Shown piece by piece: positions 25,490 through 38,800 of a stretch of DNA of 64,000 bases. The stretch spans positions 14,818,001 to 14,882,000 of the forward strand of contig CM060734.1 in NCBI GenBank assembly GCA_030704615.1. The letters run 5' to 3'. The position numbers were made by a program, and so were the translations under genes. Position 1 is the first letter of the stretch. Every line of letters begins with the position of its first letter. The notes below the pieces were generated by a model that saw only the letters and a program-made list of their open reading frames with translations, was not told where the DNA came from and did no database searches. The stretch is from Takakia lepidozioides. Lineage: Eukaryota; Plantae; Bryophyta.

Positions 25490-28430
25490 CATCTTACAAT
25501 CTACTCAGTAACTGCCTTCCAAGTCTTTGTGTTTTATTGTCTAATTCCTATTGCCTAGGCCCCCGAGCCGCCTATAGCTGGGACATGTTTTAATCCCTTC
25601 ATAAGGCAACTGCCGAGCCTAGGAAGAAGAGGGAAAATCTTCCTCTCCCAATGCCCCTCCTTCACCGAGTGCTTAAGTTCAAGTTATATCTGATGGAAGG
25701 GCCAACGCTTCCTACCCCGGTGCCTAAAATACTTTGTCTTAGCAAAGGAGTGGCCAAAATACCTATCATAATCCAATAGGTTCACCAAGTTGGCCCTGCC
25801 GCCACCTCACAGGAGGCGACCGCCACTATGGCGGTCCTCTGCATGGCCACCTCAGGCGCCTCGAAGGCGACTGCCATGGTGGCGATTGCCGAGATCGCCA
25901 CCACGTCCGGCAGAGTGGCGACCGCCACTGAGGCGGGCGCTTGCCTCGCCACCTCACCCGGCTCCGGGGCGACCGACGCCAGCTCACTGGCTCCGAGGTG
26001 ACCGCCACTTTGGCGTCACACTTGCCACCTCCTTGGGCTCGCCAGCAATTGTGCCATGCTGTCTAAGGACGTGGCAATGTTTTACCCATGTCTTTACCTA
26101 CTGATGTAACTGACGTGATGTGTAACCCAAATCCCGTCAGTGTCGCTGACGCCGACGTGACGCCTGCAACCGGGTTACACTTATCAAGCGCCTCATGCGA
26201 GTGTAAGCCTCCCTCAAACTCTCAGTAGGCTTTCGCTGGAACTCTTGCAAGCTCCGCAATTTCTCTATTCTCACCCCCTGATAGTTCTTTCTCAACTCTT
26301 GGAAGAACTCCACAATCGGGTTGAAGGCAGGCACAGGTGTTGGTGCAACGGCAAGAGCTGCAGTGGATGTCCCAACGTGATGGAGCTGTAATTAGGTGAC
26401 CAATACTGTCGCCACTCCTTAATCTCCACTGCATGTCCCCGCCTAAATTCATGGTAATCATCCATAGGCAGCCCCTCAAGGTGCTGGAATAGCCCCTTCC
26501 ACGCCATAAAGGGCGTAAATAATTGTGGATTGCGCATCTGCTGCAAATCATACCAACTGTCAAACTCATGTATGAAGTCATCAAGCTCGATGGCACCCAC
26601 AGCTCCAGAGTACCTACGTGGCCCCTTGATAGCGCCATACATCTCCTCCATCAAGACACTGACGGTGAAGGTGGCCTAAACCGCACACCTCGTCTTGTGT
26701 ACCCACTAGTATCGCTGGTGCTCGTACTGGCACTCCCCTCAGCAACTGGTGGCACCTCCGTGATGAAAACTCACAACCACGCCGGTTGTAAACCTGTCTC
26801 TAATCCCCCTTTCCACAAGGTAACCGGGTAGAGAATGTGTTGCGGCTTACGGTTTAGAATACTAGGTTTCTAAGATAAACCTGCACCTGCACCTGCATCC
26901 ACCGCAAGTACTCCTATGATCTGCTGGTCATCAACCTAGCCTCACCATAAGAGAAACAATGATGGTCTGACTGGTCATCACCCCAGCCTCACCACCGACA
27001 ACACGCTCTAGGATTGGCCGGTGATCAAATCTGGACCAACCTCCTATGAAAACAAGCGCCCACACAAAACTGACATGGCGCACAGTCAAGCATGCAGGTG
27101 TGGGGGGGACCCAAACACAAGAAAATCAAAGCAACAACACCCCTCAGGGAGGTCACTCTCTATCTAGTTTCCTGGGCACGTGAGGCAAATAGGCATTTTC
27201 TATGGGGGTATTAATTTTATTTTCTAGATTTTTTGGCCACCCTATTATTACATAATTTTATAATATGACATATTTTCTTGTAGACTATATTATTTATATT
27301 TTATAGCAGGTAACAAATATTGGACACCCTATATTAACCTGAAAATTTAAAAAAAAAAATTACGGGGTAATGAAATTTTTTATTTGCTGAAAACAAATCA
27401 GCATCATTTAAAGTATAAAGGTTATGAGCAAAATCAAATCTCATAGTGATTGAACTGATAATCGAATTTATGTCTATCCACTTGCTGTCAGTTACATCAT
27501 ATTTGAATTTCAGATGCCCTCTAGATTTTGAGAAGTAGTTGAGAAGCACCATGATTGTTGTGGCTGGCTTGTTAAAGAGATCACTGGTTGTCGATTGACC
27601 CCCCACCTGCTTCCTACCTTTCTTTTCATTTTTTGTATTCTGTCTATCCACCATGTCCCTCAAAACCTATGGGCCGCCATGCTTGTGTTGCCATCCTTCC
27701 CCCTCAATCTATGCTTCTCCATTGTCACGCCCTGCAGGTTTCAAAACCTGTGGGCCACAATGCTTGCACCATTGAGCGCACAACCCTTTCTCTCTGCCTA
27801 TCTAGCACAATGCCGCCACGAATTGCGGCCGACAGGAAAGAGGGAAGCCTATGGTTGCTGTGCACATGCGCCTACGCCCTCTCCGCTGCGTGTCACTGAA
27901 CGACACGTGTCCAATTTATATTCACCCTATATTAGTTTTATTTATTTTTAAACACGTCTTTATTTTGGACCCTATTTTAATTTAAATGTGGTGCCGCCAA
28001 TATATTAGTACCCTATAGTATTTCTAAATATATTCTAAATTTTATTTTCTCAAAATTTTCGGCATCCTATATTTTTTTGCACGTCAAGTGGTAATATTTG
28101 GAAGTGACCTCCCCTTGCAACACCCCCACACCAAAATCACTCCACAGTGTTGCTCCTGCAATGACACCCCAGCCCAAACCAAGGCTGACTCTTGCCTCCA
28201 CCTACGGAAAGGTTTTGGCCTACAGAGAGGGTGGAAAACTACAAGGAAGAGAGACTAAAGCAATTCGTACTCCCAGCATGCTCTCATCCCACTACCCTAT
28301 CTCCACACTCTCTTGCTGGAGCAATAGACAAGACTACCTTTGAAGGGTCGCTCAAATAATTCTCCAGGAGCCCTCAAGATGTCTCTCAAACAATCTCACT
28401 AATACACCTAAAAAAAACCGGACCGAAGTC
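25490..28430 (-). mobile_element. Remnant of a second LTR retrotransposon family (gag fragment, partial LTRs, degenerate PBS)
   Basis: gag-like ORFs 26292..26654 and 26137..26334 (LQEFQRKPTESLREAYTRMRRL); LTR-like start TGACGGG at 26139; PBS-like AGTTTCCTGG|CAAGTGG split by an insertion and flanked by GGAGGTCACT/AGTGACCTCC. Confidence 0.55.
27177..28085. mobile_element. Non-autonomous DNA transposon-like insertion with subterminal CCCTAT(A/T) repeats
   Basis: Ends CACGTGAGGCAAATAGG and CCTATATTTTTTTGCACGT (imperfect TIR); about 6 CCCTAT-type motifs in AT-rich arms; short coding remnant 27334..27560; interrupts the PBS of the LTR remnant. Confidence 0.5.
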
Positions 28431-28461
28431 TGTAAGCAAGTATTGCAAACAACACTTGGTC

Positions 28462-31400
28462 CTACGTGTTAGTATCCCGCTGTAGAAGTGTATTGATCTT
28501 GTTGTAACTCAGAGTGGCCTGGTGAATGTAGATGTCTTTTTTGGGATCACAAGCCATCCTCCTCACAAATATGTAATACAAATGCTTGCATGGGACAATT
28601 TTCCTCTTTTCCCCAGACTTGTTGACAGCATGCCCACAAAATCAGGACATGTGCAATTGGGAAAGTCGGACACTGTAATGTCGTAGGCCTTGTCCTGCAA
28701 AGCAGACGTCGATGTCATCACTGTGTATACCCGACCATATCCCGGATCCAGAACCTCCATCGTACCTGTATCGTGAGTATCAAGCATTCTTGTAGATTCG
28801 AGCTTACCACAGTGTTTTGCAGTGGGTTCGTAGCGTCAAACAACATTCCCATTCCGTTTGGTGGGGTGCAAGTGAGCTCTAGGAGGAGGCACTTGAGAAG
28901 CACCCTATTTCGACGCACCTGCAGATACACTGGCCCGCCTTGCAAGGGAGAAGCCCGCGTCCTCCAATATTGCAATTTCATGACTGTTTAGATTTGTCCC
29001 CACCTTTACTGGCCAAATGCTTGGTGTAGGTGGCTTCATGATCACCGAAGCTCGTACAGTCCCCTTCACGCACCTCGCATAGTAGTCGGTGCAGAACCAA
29101 AACTTTCCTTGAGTCCCCTTGCCCGAATGGTCGAAACAAGCTTGTGAAAGTGGGAGCCGGAGTCCTTGCACTCCCTCTGGATATGATTGATTTGCACTTC
29201 TCAAATGTGCTGGCCCTGATCGCACTACATTGTACTTTGGACCTAGCATTAATCCGCTCTATATGCCACACCTCATCAGCGCACCATGATTCTTCACGGT
29301 CTTCTCTTGAACCATTGCATTCACTACATGGGATGTCTGTGTTGCTTGGGTGGGCTGTTTTGTAGAAGCCTCTCCTGCAAATGAGGATTCCGAAAAAGAT
29401 CTTTGATGTAACGGGACACGCGGGATTGAGAAGTTGTCTCTATCCGATCTATGTGAATCTCCATCCGAATCAAGTGGAGTATTAAGCTTACGCTTACAGG
29501 AGCCTCTCCTCTCCTCCCCCTCCAAGTGCAGAATTTTGGAGACCATTGGGGTTCCAACTGCAAACATGTCCACGGCCCTAACTATTTTGCTTAGATCCCC
29601 TGATCTGGTGGCAGCTCACAACATCAACTCGCTCCTATCTGGACCCTTGCCACCAGGCCCACCTCTTAAGAACTGTCAGTATCTTGTCTGCTACTGGAGA
29701 GCTCGTGTGAGGTCATCTGCAGTGGCAACATACAAATCTCGCCCACGTTTTCCGGATTGCTGCAACCAGGCATTGTGCATCGTCTCTGCAAGGTTGCAAG
29801 ATGGCATGTCCGCCATCTCCTCAAGGGACATGTGCTGCAAGAAGCACAGACAGCCTGACATCATACATGAATCTCACACAACAACTACCACAATGAAACA
29901 ATAAATCAACAAATCAGATCCGAATACATAGGCATAGTAGAGGCAAAAAAAAACTCTCGTCATGCATGCTCCCCATTGTCTATACCGGAAGTGCCAGAAT
30001 GCAAACCAGTCATCCAACACTCTCTTGCTCTGTTCGGACACAGCCCCCGACGAGAACCACCAAGCTCTGGTACATGGTATCTGCTTCTGCCATTGTCTTT
30101 GCATTCTTGTATTGCTTGCAAAGCTTTTGATGTACATCCTGCAACTCTAGCTTGATGTCCACCTCGTTTGTTTTTCTAGAGACTATGTCCAATGGAATGG
30201 ACAAGTACGTTCTCTCCCAGGCATCGGGATTTTGGGATCCCCCGAGCCAAATACACGCCTCACAACATTGAAATTCGCTTGAGCACTGTCGGCCATGAAA
30301 CCTGCAAAGTTCGGCGAGGGTACACCATAAGACTTCATGATAGCAATAAGCGAATTCCACATTAGCACCTGGGAATCTGCATGGACTCAGATTGCATGTC
30401 ACACACCGCAATACTCATCACCCGCTGATACACAGGGTCACACACATGGCAAGCCTGCATGGTTGTCTAGTCATTCACACGTTTGCAATGGTCGAACATC
30501 AACCAATAGTTCTGCAGATCTCCACCATCCTGCATCCTCTTCACAAGGCTAACCCCGCTGCCCTCCCCAACAGTGGACATTTTGAAGAGGTACACTTTGT
30601 TGGATCCTTGACCAGGGAAGACACTGTCTTGGATGTAGTCATACCTGCTTTGACGTTTGAGCTCCAAAATGTTGTCCATGTAACCTCTGTTTCCCAAGCC
30701 CATTCTCAATGCATTCACTTGGTATTGAATGTTTGGTGAGCTTAAAGTGAAGAATTGATCCATCACGACGTCCAGTGCTGGGCCGTCAATTTTGTCACCC
30801 ATTGAACTAGCACTATGAAGAATATGGCTCTCCAAAAATGTCTTGCTAGCTGCAAATGCAATTGCAGATGTTGTCGCGGTGGGATTGGTTTCGTACTCTT
30901 CTATTATCAACCTCGAAATTGTCTCAACACTGTCTCTATAATTGCCCTTGGAGACAGGGTGTTTATGAAACCCAATGTGAACATAGGCTCTCGTCATTGT
31001 CTTGCAACGATGGGTGACATAGTACATCTTGGCGAAACACACAACAAGACATGATGGAGCGATTTTATAAAACTTGCAGACGAAAGTATTGCTGAAAGGA
31101 GGGGTTTGGCCAGGCTTGAAAGGATTCTCGGACACACCTTCCCACTCACTCTGGTTTTGAACCCCTGAGAGGAGAAAATGCTGACATTTGAGATTCTCGC
31201 ACCTGTTGTGGCCGTTGCAAACAGTCCGCCTGAATTTCAAGTTGTCGTCATTCTGAATATTTGATGTCTTCATTCTGCACCAGGGGTGCCCATCATGTTT
31301 TTTATCCATTCCTTGCATAAGTCCAGACAGACCCCCAACTTGCAGAGATAGAGGAAGCTCAAAAACGATATTTGCCGCCAAAGGTGCTTGGGAGGAACTT

Positions 31401-31965
31401 CATATGTTCAATACTGAAAGTCTCCCAACGAATTCCACGTATTTCACTCTTGAAACCAGGCATTCCCCCCATGGACTTCAATTTTGGGATGACACTGCAA
31501 ACTTCCTCCACCTTGGTGTCCTGCTCCACTGGAGGATAGAGGAGGCTCAATCTCCAAAACGTCTTCCTCAGAGGAATCGGAGAGGTGCACAAATGTGCTG
31601 GATGTAGTGACCTCTTTTTTCACAACAGTATCTCGAACATCCTGGACGACAGAGGCTGCAGTTCCTGGTGTCACAAACGAGCCAGCTGATCACTGACATC
31701 TGGGAGCTCCAAGCACCCGGTATCTTCCTAGAGGAACTCTCCATTCCCGTTTGTTTGCACTCCCACGTGGTTTTTGGAAGATGGTCCTGTTGAGGACCCA
31801 TTTTCCATCATACACCTCCTTTTCCACAAGCATCGTATCAATCTCATACTGAAATCGGGTTGCAAGGACATCCTCCTGCACAAGGGCGAAACCATCGTCA
31901 TCCACACACACCGTGAAGGGCAGAGGCTGATCAACCGAGCAGAATGTTGCCTCTGAAGACGCCAT
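28462..31965 (-). pseudogene. Mutator-like (MULE) transposase with GCM-like N-terminal Zn domain and C-terminal SWIM finger
   Basis: HDGHPW...CNGHNRC..C...C...HIGFHKHP (WRKY/GCM-like); core WLMFDH, DMQSE, FMADSAQAN, CPFHW, CNLAETMHN (D-D-E and CxxH); SWIM CTCPDF...PCKHLYY; intron at about 29836-29958; multiple stops and frameshifts. Confidence 0.8.
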
Positions 31966-34241
31966 GGTATTCCACTGACGCCGGAAGCACTGAGCACACC
32001 GTCGTCACACAGCATGAACAGGACAGTGCACGCGAAATCGCAGCTGCTAAAGTCGCAGGAGAATCTTCAAACGGGTGAAGGATATTGACCATGACTGTCA
32101 AATGTTGGATGTAGTTACCGTAGTAAATGATCACGAAGATGATTGGCTGACCTTGCTTGTCCAAAATGAACCCAGATAGGCCACGCAGGCACTGACATTT
32201 CAAATGACGGCAACGAATTAATGCCAAAATTTCATTTTTATGTGATGTTTCCCTTGGCACCAATTCAAACTCCACCCAGGCACGTGGCCCTGACATTTCC
32301 ATTAGTAGCCGCCCATACCGCACATCCTAAATTGAGGGTTGATATCATCGTTACATTAATTATCTGACTGAACAGGTATCCAAAGCCCTGCATGCGCATA
32401 ATGATGCGAAGTGCCACAGGTAGTGCCACCCAGCATACCTGGGAGGGCAAGGGCTTGCCCCCCCGCCCCCCCCGGCCTTCTTACTCATGAAGCTCTCCAA
32501 TGGGCACGGTTTGCTGCTCACTCCTCCCCCTCCACCTCCACAATCCTCATCCTCACACAACAAAACACACCTAGTCCCTCCCACCCTCTCCTATGCCTTC
32601 CAGTAGGGGTCACCCTACTAGCCACAATCGATCCAAATCAAATGCAGTATGCTCATACCCCCCCTATCCCCAAATACCTCAAACATAAAGAACCTACCCT
32701 TACCTTGATCCTGCACGTTCAAAACCCCCTACACACAGACATACTGACACCCTTCCTTCACCAACTCGAACAGTTGTTAACCATAAATCATAAAATGAAA
32801 GCATCCATCCACTACCCAGATATACCCCCTCATATCTGCACCCCTATCACACCCCTTCGGATTAAAACAAATAAAGCTTGGGACATGGCGAAGTCGCGCC
32901 CCCCCCCCAAGGTACACCAACAACACCCCCTCCCCCCATTCCTTCAATATATCAACAAAGCACCACCCTCAAGTATCCCCCAACAAACTCACACTATACA
33001 GATGGCTCCCTCACCAACCATAAAGCAGGGTATGGCATTTACCACGCTGGCAACGGGCAAGGAGTTGCCTTCCGGCTCCCGAGCCCTGCCACCATTCTCA
33101 GAGCAGAACTTATGGCCATCCACGACACTCTCTCCTTGCATGGTGCCTTCCCCCCTCCACACTATATCTTTGCTGACAGCCTCACCCCCCTATATCTGAT
33201 CCGAAACCACGTCTCCCGCCCCTCTTCCCACCATCATCACCCCGATCGTAACCTTATTGCTGCCATTGTTCACAAAGCCACCTCTATCACCCACCCAGTC
33301 CACTTCCTCAAAGTCCGCTCACACACTGGTATCCATGGGAATGATGAAGCCGATCTCCTCGCTCAACTCAGCTCCTCTCAACCCCCAGTATTACCCACGA
33401 ACGATCCCATCCACATCACTCACACCCACCCATTTTGGTTCATTCACCCAGTCCCCAAACCCCCTGCACATAGACCAGTCCGTAAACTCCTAACCACTCT
33501 GACCAGAGATGCACATAAACAAGCCGCCGCCTCCATCAGCCATACCAAAGTACACATCCAAAAATGGACTCAATCCGATATCCTACACCATAAACTCTCA
33601 AATCACTTCTGGCTAACCAATGCCACTGTCGCACAAATCCGACAAACACTCAAATTTAGGTACGCCCAATACATGGGCCACCAATGCAAACACATCTTCT
33701 GGCCACACTTGTTCCCATCCCCTTACTGCCCACTATGCTCCACCACCTACCAAGCTCGCGACACCTGGCCGCATCTTCTCAGCCAATGTACGCACCCGAT
33801 CATACATGGCCTACATATCACGAGACACAACCATGCAGTCTGGCACCTCCATAAGTTTTTTCAAAAACGTGCGAAAACTAGGTGGTTCTCACTCGTGAAT
33901 GCTGGCACCTACCAGGGTAGGCCACCTGACCATACAGTACCACCGTGGCTGCTACCATGCAAGTACCCGTTCACCATGCTCCTGCCCAGCTAGACTCTGC
34001 CCAGACATACTCCTAGTGCATGGCCTGCCCATCAGTACTCTCACCATCCCCACAACTCATCATTCACTTTATTGAATTTTCTGCCATGACCGCTATCCAA
34101 ATGATTCGATTTTAGAGAAACGTCAAAAATATACCCCGCTCATCCTTGCAATCCGCAGGCGTGGCTGGAAAACCTGCCTGCTAATTGTTATTACCGCCGG
34201 TACCCGTGGCGGCATTTATAACGCTAGTATCAATGCCATAC

Positions 34242-34968
34242 TGTCGCGCACCTCACTTCGGTAAGCTCCCCCTCAAGTCATAGTTACTCGCTTTGATGCG
34301 CGCGCCTGACTCCCAACCTGGCCGCCGGGCCAACTTGGAGCTTCGGCTGCTCACCGGGGCATAACGGTCCCCCTTTGTTCTCCCAAAGAACCCTCCACCG
34401 ATTTGGAACCAGCGGGAATTCCCTTTGGTAGTTGGCAGTCCGGAACAGCTCCCCACTCTTTGGTCGCTTTCCGGCTCGCTCGCTTACTCACTAGTTTTTG
34501 GTCACCAACGGGCTTGCACCGTTCTCGGGGTTACTACTCCCTATATATACTTCTGTAGCTGTCCGCGGGGGTTTCACAACCAGCCATGCCATTTTATGGC
34601 GAACCACCACGAAAACCCTCGACTCCCGGTGATGAGTCGCGGTGAGTCTTGGCCCACTCACCACGGCCCCTATGGACCGTGATGAGTCCCAAGACTCCCC
34701 ACGACTCCCACCACGAGGTCTCCGCCCCCATGGTGAGTCCTATGCCACCCCCACTAAGTCCCGCTAAGCTACCACCACCCCTTGTGGAGCCACCCCCACC
34801 GCAACCCGGTGTGCGGGGCTCCACCTAGTGAGCGCCTCCGCCTCCTTGAGTGCCTTGGGCACTCAAGGGTGCTTCAGCCCCCCATACCTATCGCTGCCGC
34901 TGCCCCCACCACAGGGGCAGCCCCTCATGTGTCCCGACCCCCTGCCCTCAAGGCAAAGGGCCGCGACA
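34242..34968 (-). repeat. 3' LTR (727 bp)
   Basis: TGTCG...CGACA; about 99% identical to 40486-41215 by eye. Confidence 0.97.
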
Positions 34969-34980
34969 CACACCCCTACC
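34969..34980 (-). promoter_or_regulatory. Polypurine tract
   Basis: GGTAGGGGTGTG immediately before the 3' LTR on the minus strand. Confidence 0.65.
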
Positions 34981-35872
34981 AACAGGGAGTCGATGTCCTC
35001 ATCGACTTGTCCATTTTGTAGAAACGAACATCCAAGTTGTGGCGTCCCACATCAAGGAGTTTGTTTCCGTACCATGGCGTCCCATGGCAAAGAACCAAAC
35101 CCCACACTTGACTCTACTCTCCACTAGCTAGTTCGGCCGACTTCCTCCAAGTCCCGGCCAAGGGTGGAGCCTCTCAAGCTCCTCCCAGTGCACTCTTCTT
35201 GGCCTACTTCAAGGCCAAGGAACGATCCTCCCCGAGGATCGAATCGCCTTACTGCAACAACATTGCTTGCGATCGCTCATGATGCCGCTTTTGGCATCAC
35301 CTTGAGCAAGGGTTCACCTCGAACCCTCTTTGACTAGGAAGATAACCTTGAACCAACCGTGCGCCCCAATCACTACAATTGGGTCCGCCTTGGAATGCTG
35401 GCCTGAGGTACGGGAACACGCCGAAGCCGCACTACGACTTCGTCCCGAGGCTACACGATTATAGTACGTGAACGGAAGCACGTAGCTTCCGCGTTAGCCC
35501 GCACTACAAGGCAACCCCTCGGTAGCGCAGTTATAGTACGCGCACGCGCCAGGTGCGCACTAGCACGTGAACTCCCAAAGAAGGCGCAAGTTTCCTTGCC
35601 CCTTGGATGGGAGTCACCCGATTTCGGCACTACGCAAACACACGATTAACCCAATTTACCTCTCCCACTTTTGTAAGCTAGCATGCATTCTACACACTAG
35701 CCAACCATACCATGCATCACCATTCCAAACAAAATAGGACGCACAACATTTGGAACCCATTTCTTTATAACAAATTTTTGTACAATACAAGTTTTTGCAA
35801 TCGGATTCCTAAGCTAGCTAAGCCGGGCTAAGCATGCATTTCCTCCCCCACGCTCCAAGGTTGATGTCCCCA

Positions 35873-38800
35873 TCAACGCTTCTTCCGCTTTTGAGGTCGC
35901 CCTTCGAAAGCTGCAACCGCCTCGGATGCGTTTCCCATTTCTGAGGCACGCACCCAAGATGCCTCCACATGATGATAGCCCTTCCATTTGACGAGATACT
36001 CCGTTTCTCGGTTCTTGAACCTCCTCGACTTAAGTATTGCCTCCACCTCGTACTCAGGTTCATTTTCATGATCCAACAGCATAGGTGGCGGACGCAACAC
36101 TTGATGCCGATTCGGACGCGCTTCATCTTTGAAGTAAGGCTTCAAAAGGGAGACATGGAATACTGGTGCACCTTGCTGTTTGCCGGCAGCTCCAATTCAT
36201 ACACATCCTCATTCATAACCTTCCGAATGCGAAAGGGTCCCGCATACGGAGGTACGAACTTCGGACTCACTTCCGGAGGTAGTCGGAAATTCTTGATGTT
36301 CAACCAGACCTCCGTGCCTGCCTCAAACTTCACTTCCCTCCGCTTCCGATTCGCCTGCCTTTCATACCGTTTCCTAGCTTTGGCAATGTTGTACTTTGCG
36401 AGCTTCAACAAACGCTCGCGTTCTTCCAGTACCGCCGCTACTGCCGGTTCCTCAACGTCCTGGGCGGCCCAACTTGTCGGCACCAGAGGTGCTTTTCCAT
36501 AGACCAATACGAAAGGGGAAACTCCCGTTGCGGAGTGTTCTGTGTTATTATAACAGAACTCTGCCGCGTCTAAGTGTTCCACCCAGTCTGTTTGGTCTGC
36601 CGACACGTAATTCCGCAAGATCTGCTTCACTACGGAATTCACTCTTTCTGTTTGGCCGTCGGTCGTAGGTCGGAAGGCGGTGCTCATCTTCAGCCTCGTC
36701 CCCATCTTCTTCCAAAGTGCCCTCCAAAATTTACTCGTAAACTTTGGATCGCGGTCCGAGACAATATCCTTCGGGACTCCATGATGCTTTAAGACGTGGG
36801 CGAAGTAAAGTCGCCCTGTCTCCTGCGCCGTTGCCGTCTCCTTGGTGGGGATGAAATGGCCCATTTTACTGAACCTATCCACCACCACCATGATTGCATC
36901 GAATCCTTTTGACAGCGGCATAGCAGTCATGAAATCCATCGAGACGCTTTCCCAAGTCCCCTCTGGAATCGGCAAGGGTTGTAACAGCCCCGCTTGCTTT
37001 TTGTACTCGCTCCGGTTTTGTTGGCATGTGGTGCATGTCTTGACATACTCCTCTGCCTCCTCCCTCAGTTTGGGCCAGAAATACTCTTTCTTCAAGAGTG
37101 CCGCAGTGCGCTTGGCTCCGCCGTGGCCCGCAAGCGGGCTATCATGGCATTCTCTCAAGAGGCTATCTCTGATCCCTCCCTTCGGCACGTAGAGACGCTT
37201 TTGCTTATACCGGAGCAGTCCATTTTGCAAGTGGAACTGCGATTTAACCCCCATCCTCAAGTCCTGCATCACGGACTTCGCCAGCTCATCCTTCCGGCAA
37301 GCCTTCCGGATCTTCCTTTGGAGCGCCGTCTCGCCCTTGTACACCAACAAGAGCTGCTGCTTTCTACTTAAAGCATCGGCCACCACGTTGTCTCGTCCCG
37401 GTTTGTACTGGATATCCACGTCGAACACCGCCAAAGTATCTTGCCACCTAAGTTGTTTTGGGGACAACTTGGGCTGCGTGGCAAAATACTTCACCGTGAC
37501 ATTGTCCGTGAACACCTTCACTGGGTTGGAACCAACATAGTGGCGCCAAAGCTCAAGACAGTGCACCACCGCCTTCATCTCTTTCTCGTGCGTCGGCCAC
37601 CGTCGCTCCACTTCATTCAGTTTCTTACTTTCGTAAGCCACTGGACGTCCATCTTGCATCAGTACACCCCCAATCGCGAAGTCCGACGCATCTGTATGAA
37701 TCTCGAACGGACGATCGAACTCCGGGATTTTCAAGACTGGAGCTTCCGCCATCCGCTGCTTCAATTCAGCAAAAGCTTGGCCACAAAAGGTGTTCCATAC
37801 CCAGACTTTGGATTTACACAGAAGGTCTGACAGCGGCCCCGCGATCTTGGCGAAATTTCTCACATACTTCCGGTAATAGGAGGCGAGTCCTAGGAAGGAT
37901 CGCACTCCCGGGACCGAAGTCGGAGGCTCCCAGTCCAAGATCGCCCTCACCTTTCTGTCATCCATTTTGATCCCATCCTGTGTAATCACATGCCCCAGGA
38001 ACTCCACTTTTGTGACCCCGAATTCGCACTTTGAAGCTTTGGCATACAGCTTCCCTTCCGCAATTTTTGGAACACCCTTTTGAGGTGCTCCAGGTGCTCC
38101 TCCTTTGTTTTCGAGTACACCAAGATGTCGTCGATGTACACGATCACAAAGTCATCCAACCACTCCTGGAAAAGGCTGTTCATCAGCGTGCTAAATGTCG
38201 CTGGTGCATTGGTGAGCCCAAAAGGCATCACCAAGAACTCATATGAACCATACCTTGTCCTGCACGCGGTCTTCTCCTCATCTCCTTCCGCCACCCGAAT
38301 TTGATGATAGCCGGAGCGCAAGTCGATCCGGCTGAAATACTTCGCTCCTGCCAACCGATCGAAAAGGTCGTCGATCCTTGGCAAAGGGTACCGGTTTTTG
38401 ATAGTCACCTTATTCAGAGCCCTGTAATCGACACACATCCGCAGCGTCCCATCCTTCTTGTCTGCGAATAGCACCGGGGCTCCGTAAGGTGACTTACTCG
38501 GCCGGATGTACCCCTTTGACATTAGATCCTTGAGCTGAGTCTTCAGCTCGACCAACTCTCTGTGGCTCAACCGGTAGGGCGCCTTGGCAGGCGGTTCCGA
38601 TCCCGGTATCACCTCAATCTTGTGGTCAACTCCTCTTCGCGGTGGCAAGCCGCTTGGTAAATCCTCCGGCATCACATCCTGGTATTTCTCCAAAATCCCC
38701 TTGATCCAATCTGGGCTCGGCTCCCCATCGCCTTCTCCCTTCACTTCTCTAATGTAAAGCAAAAACTGGGGCTCGTGTGCCTCCTCCACGGCCCACTCCC

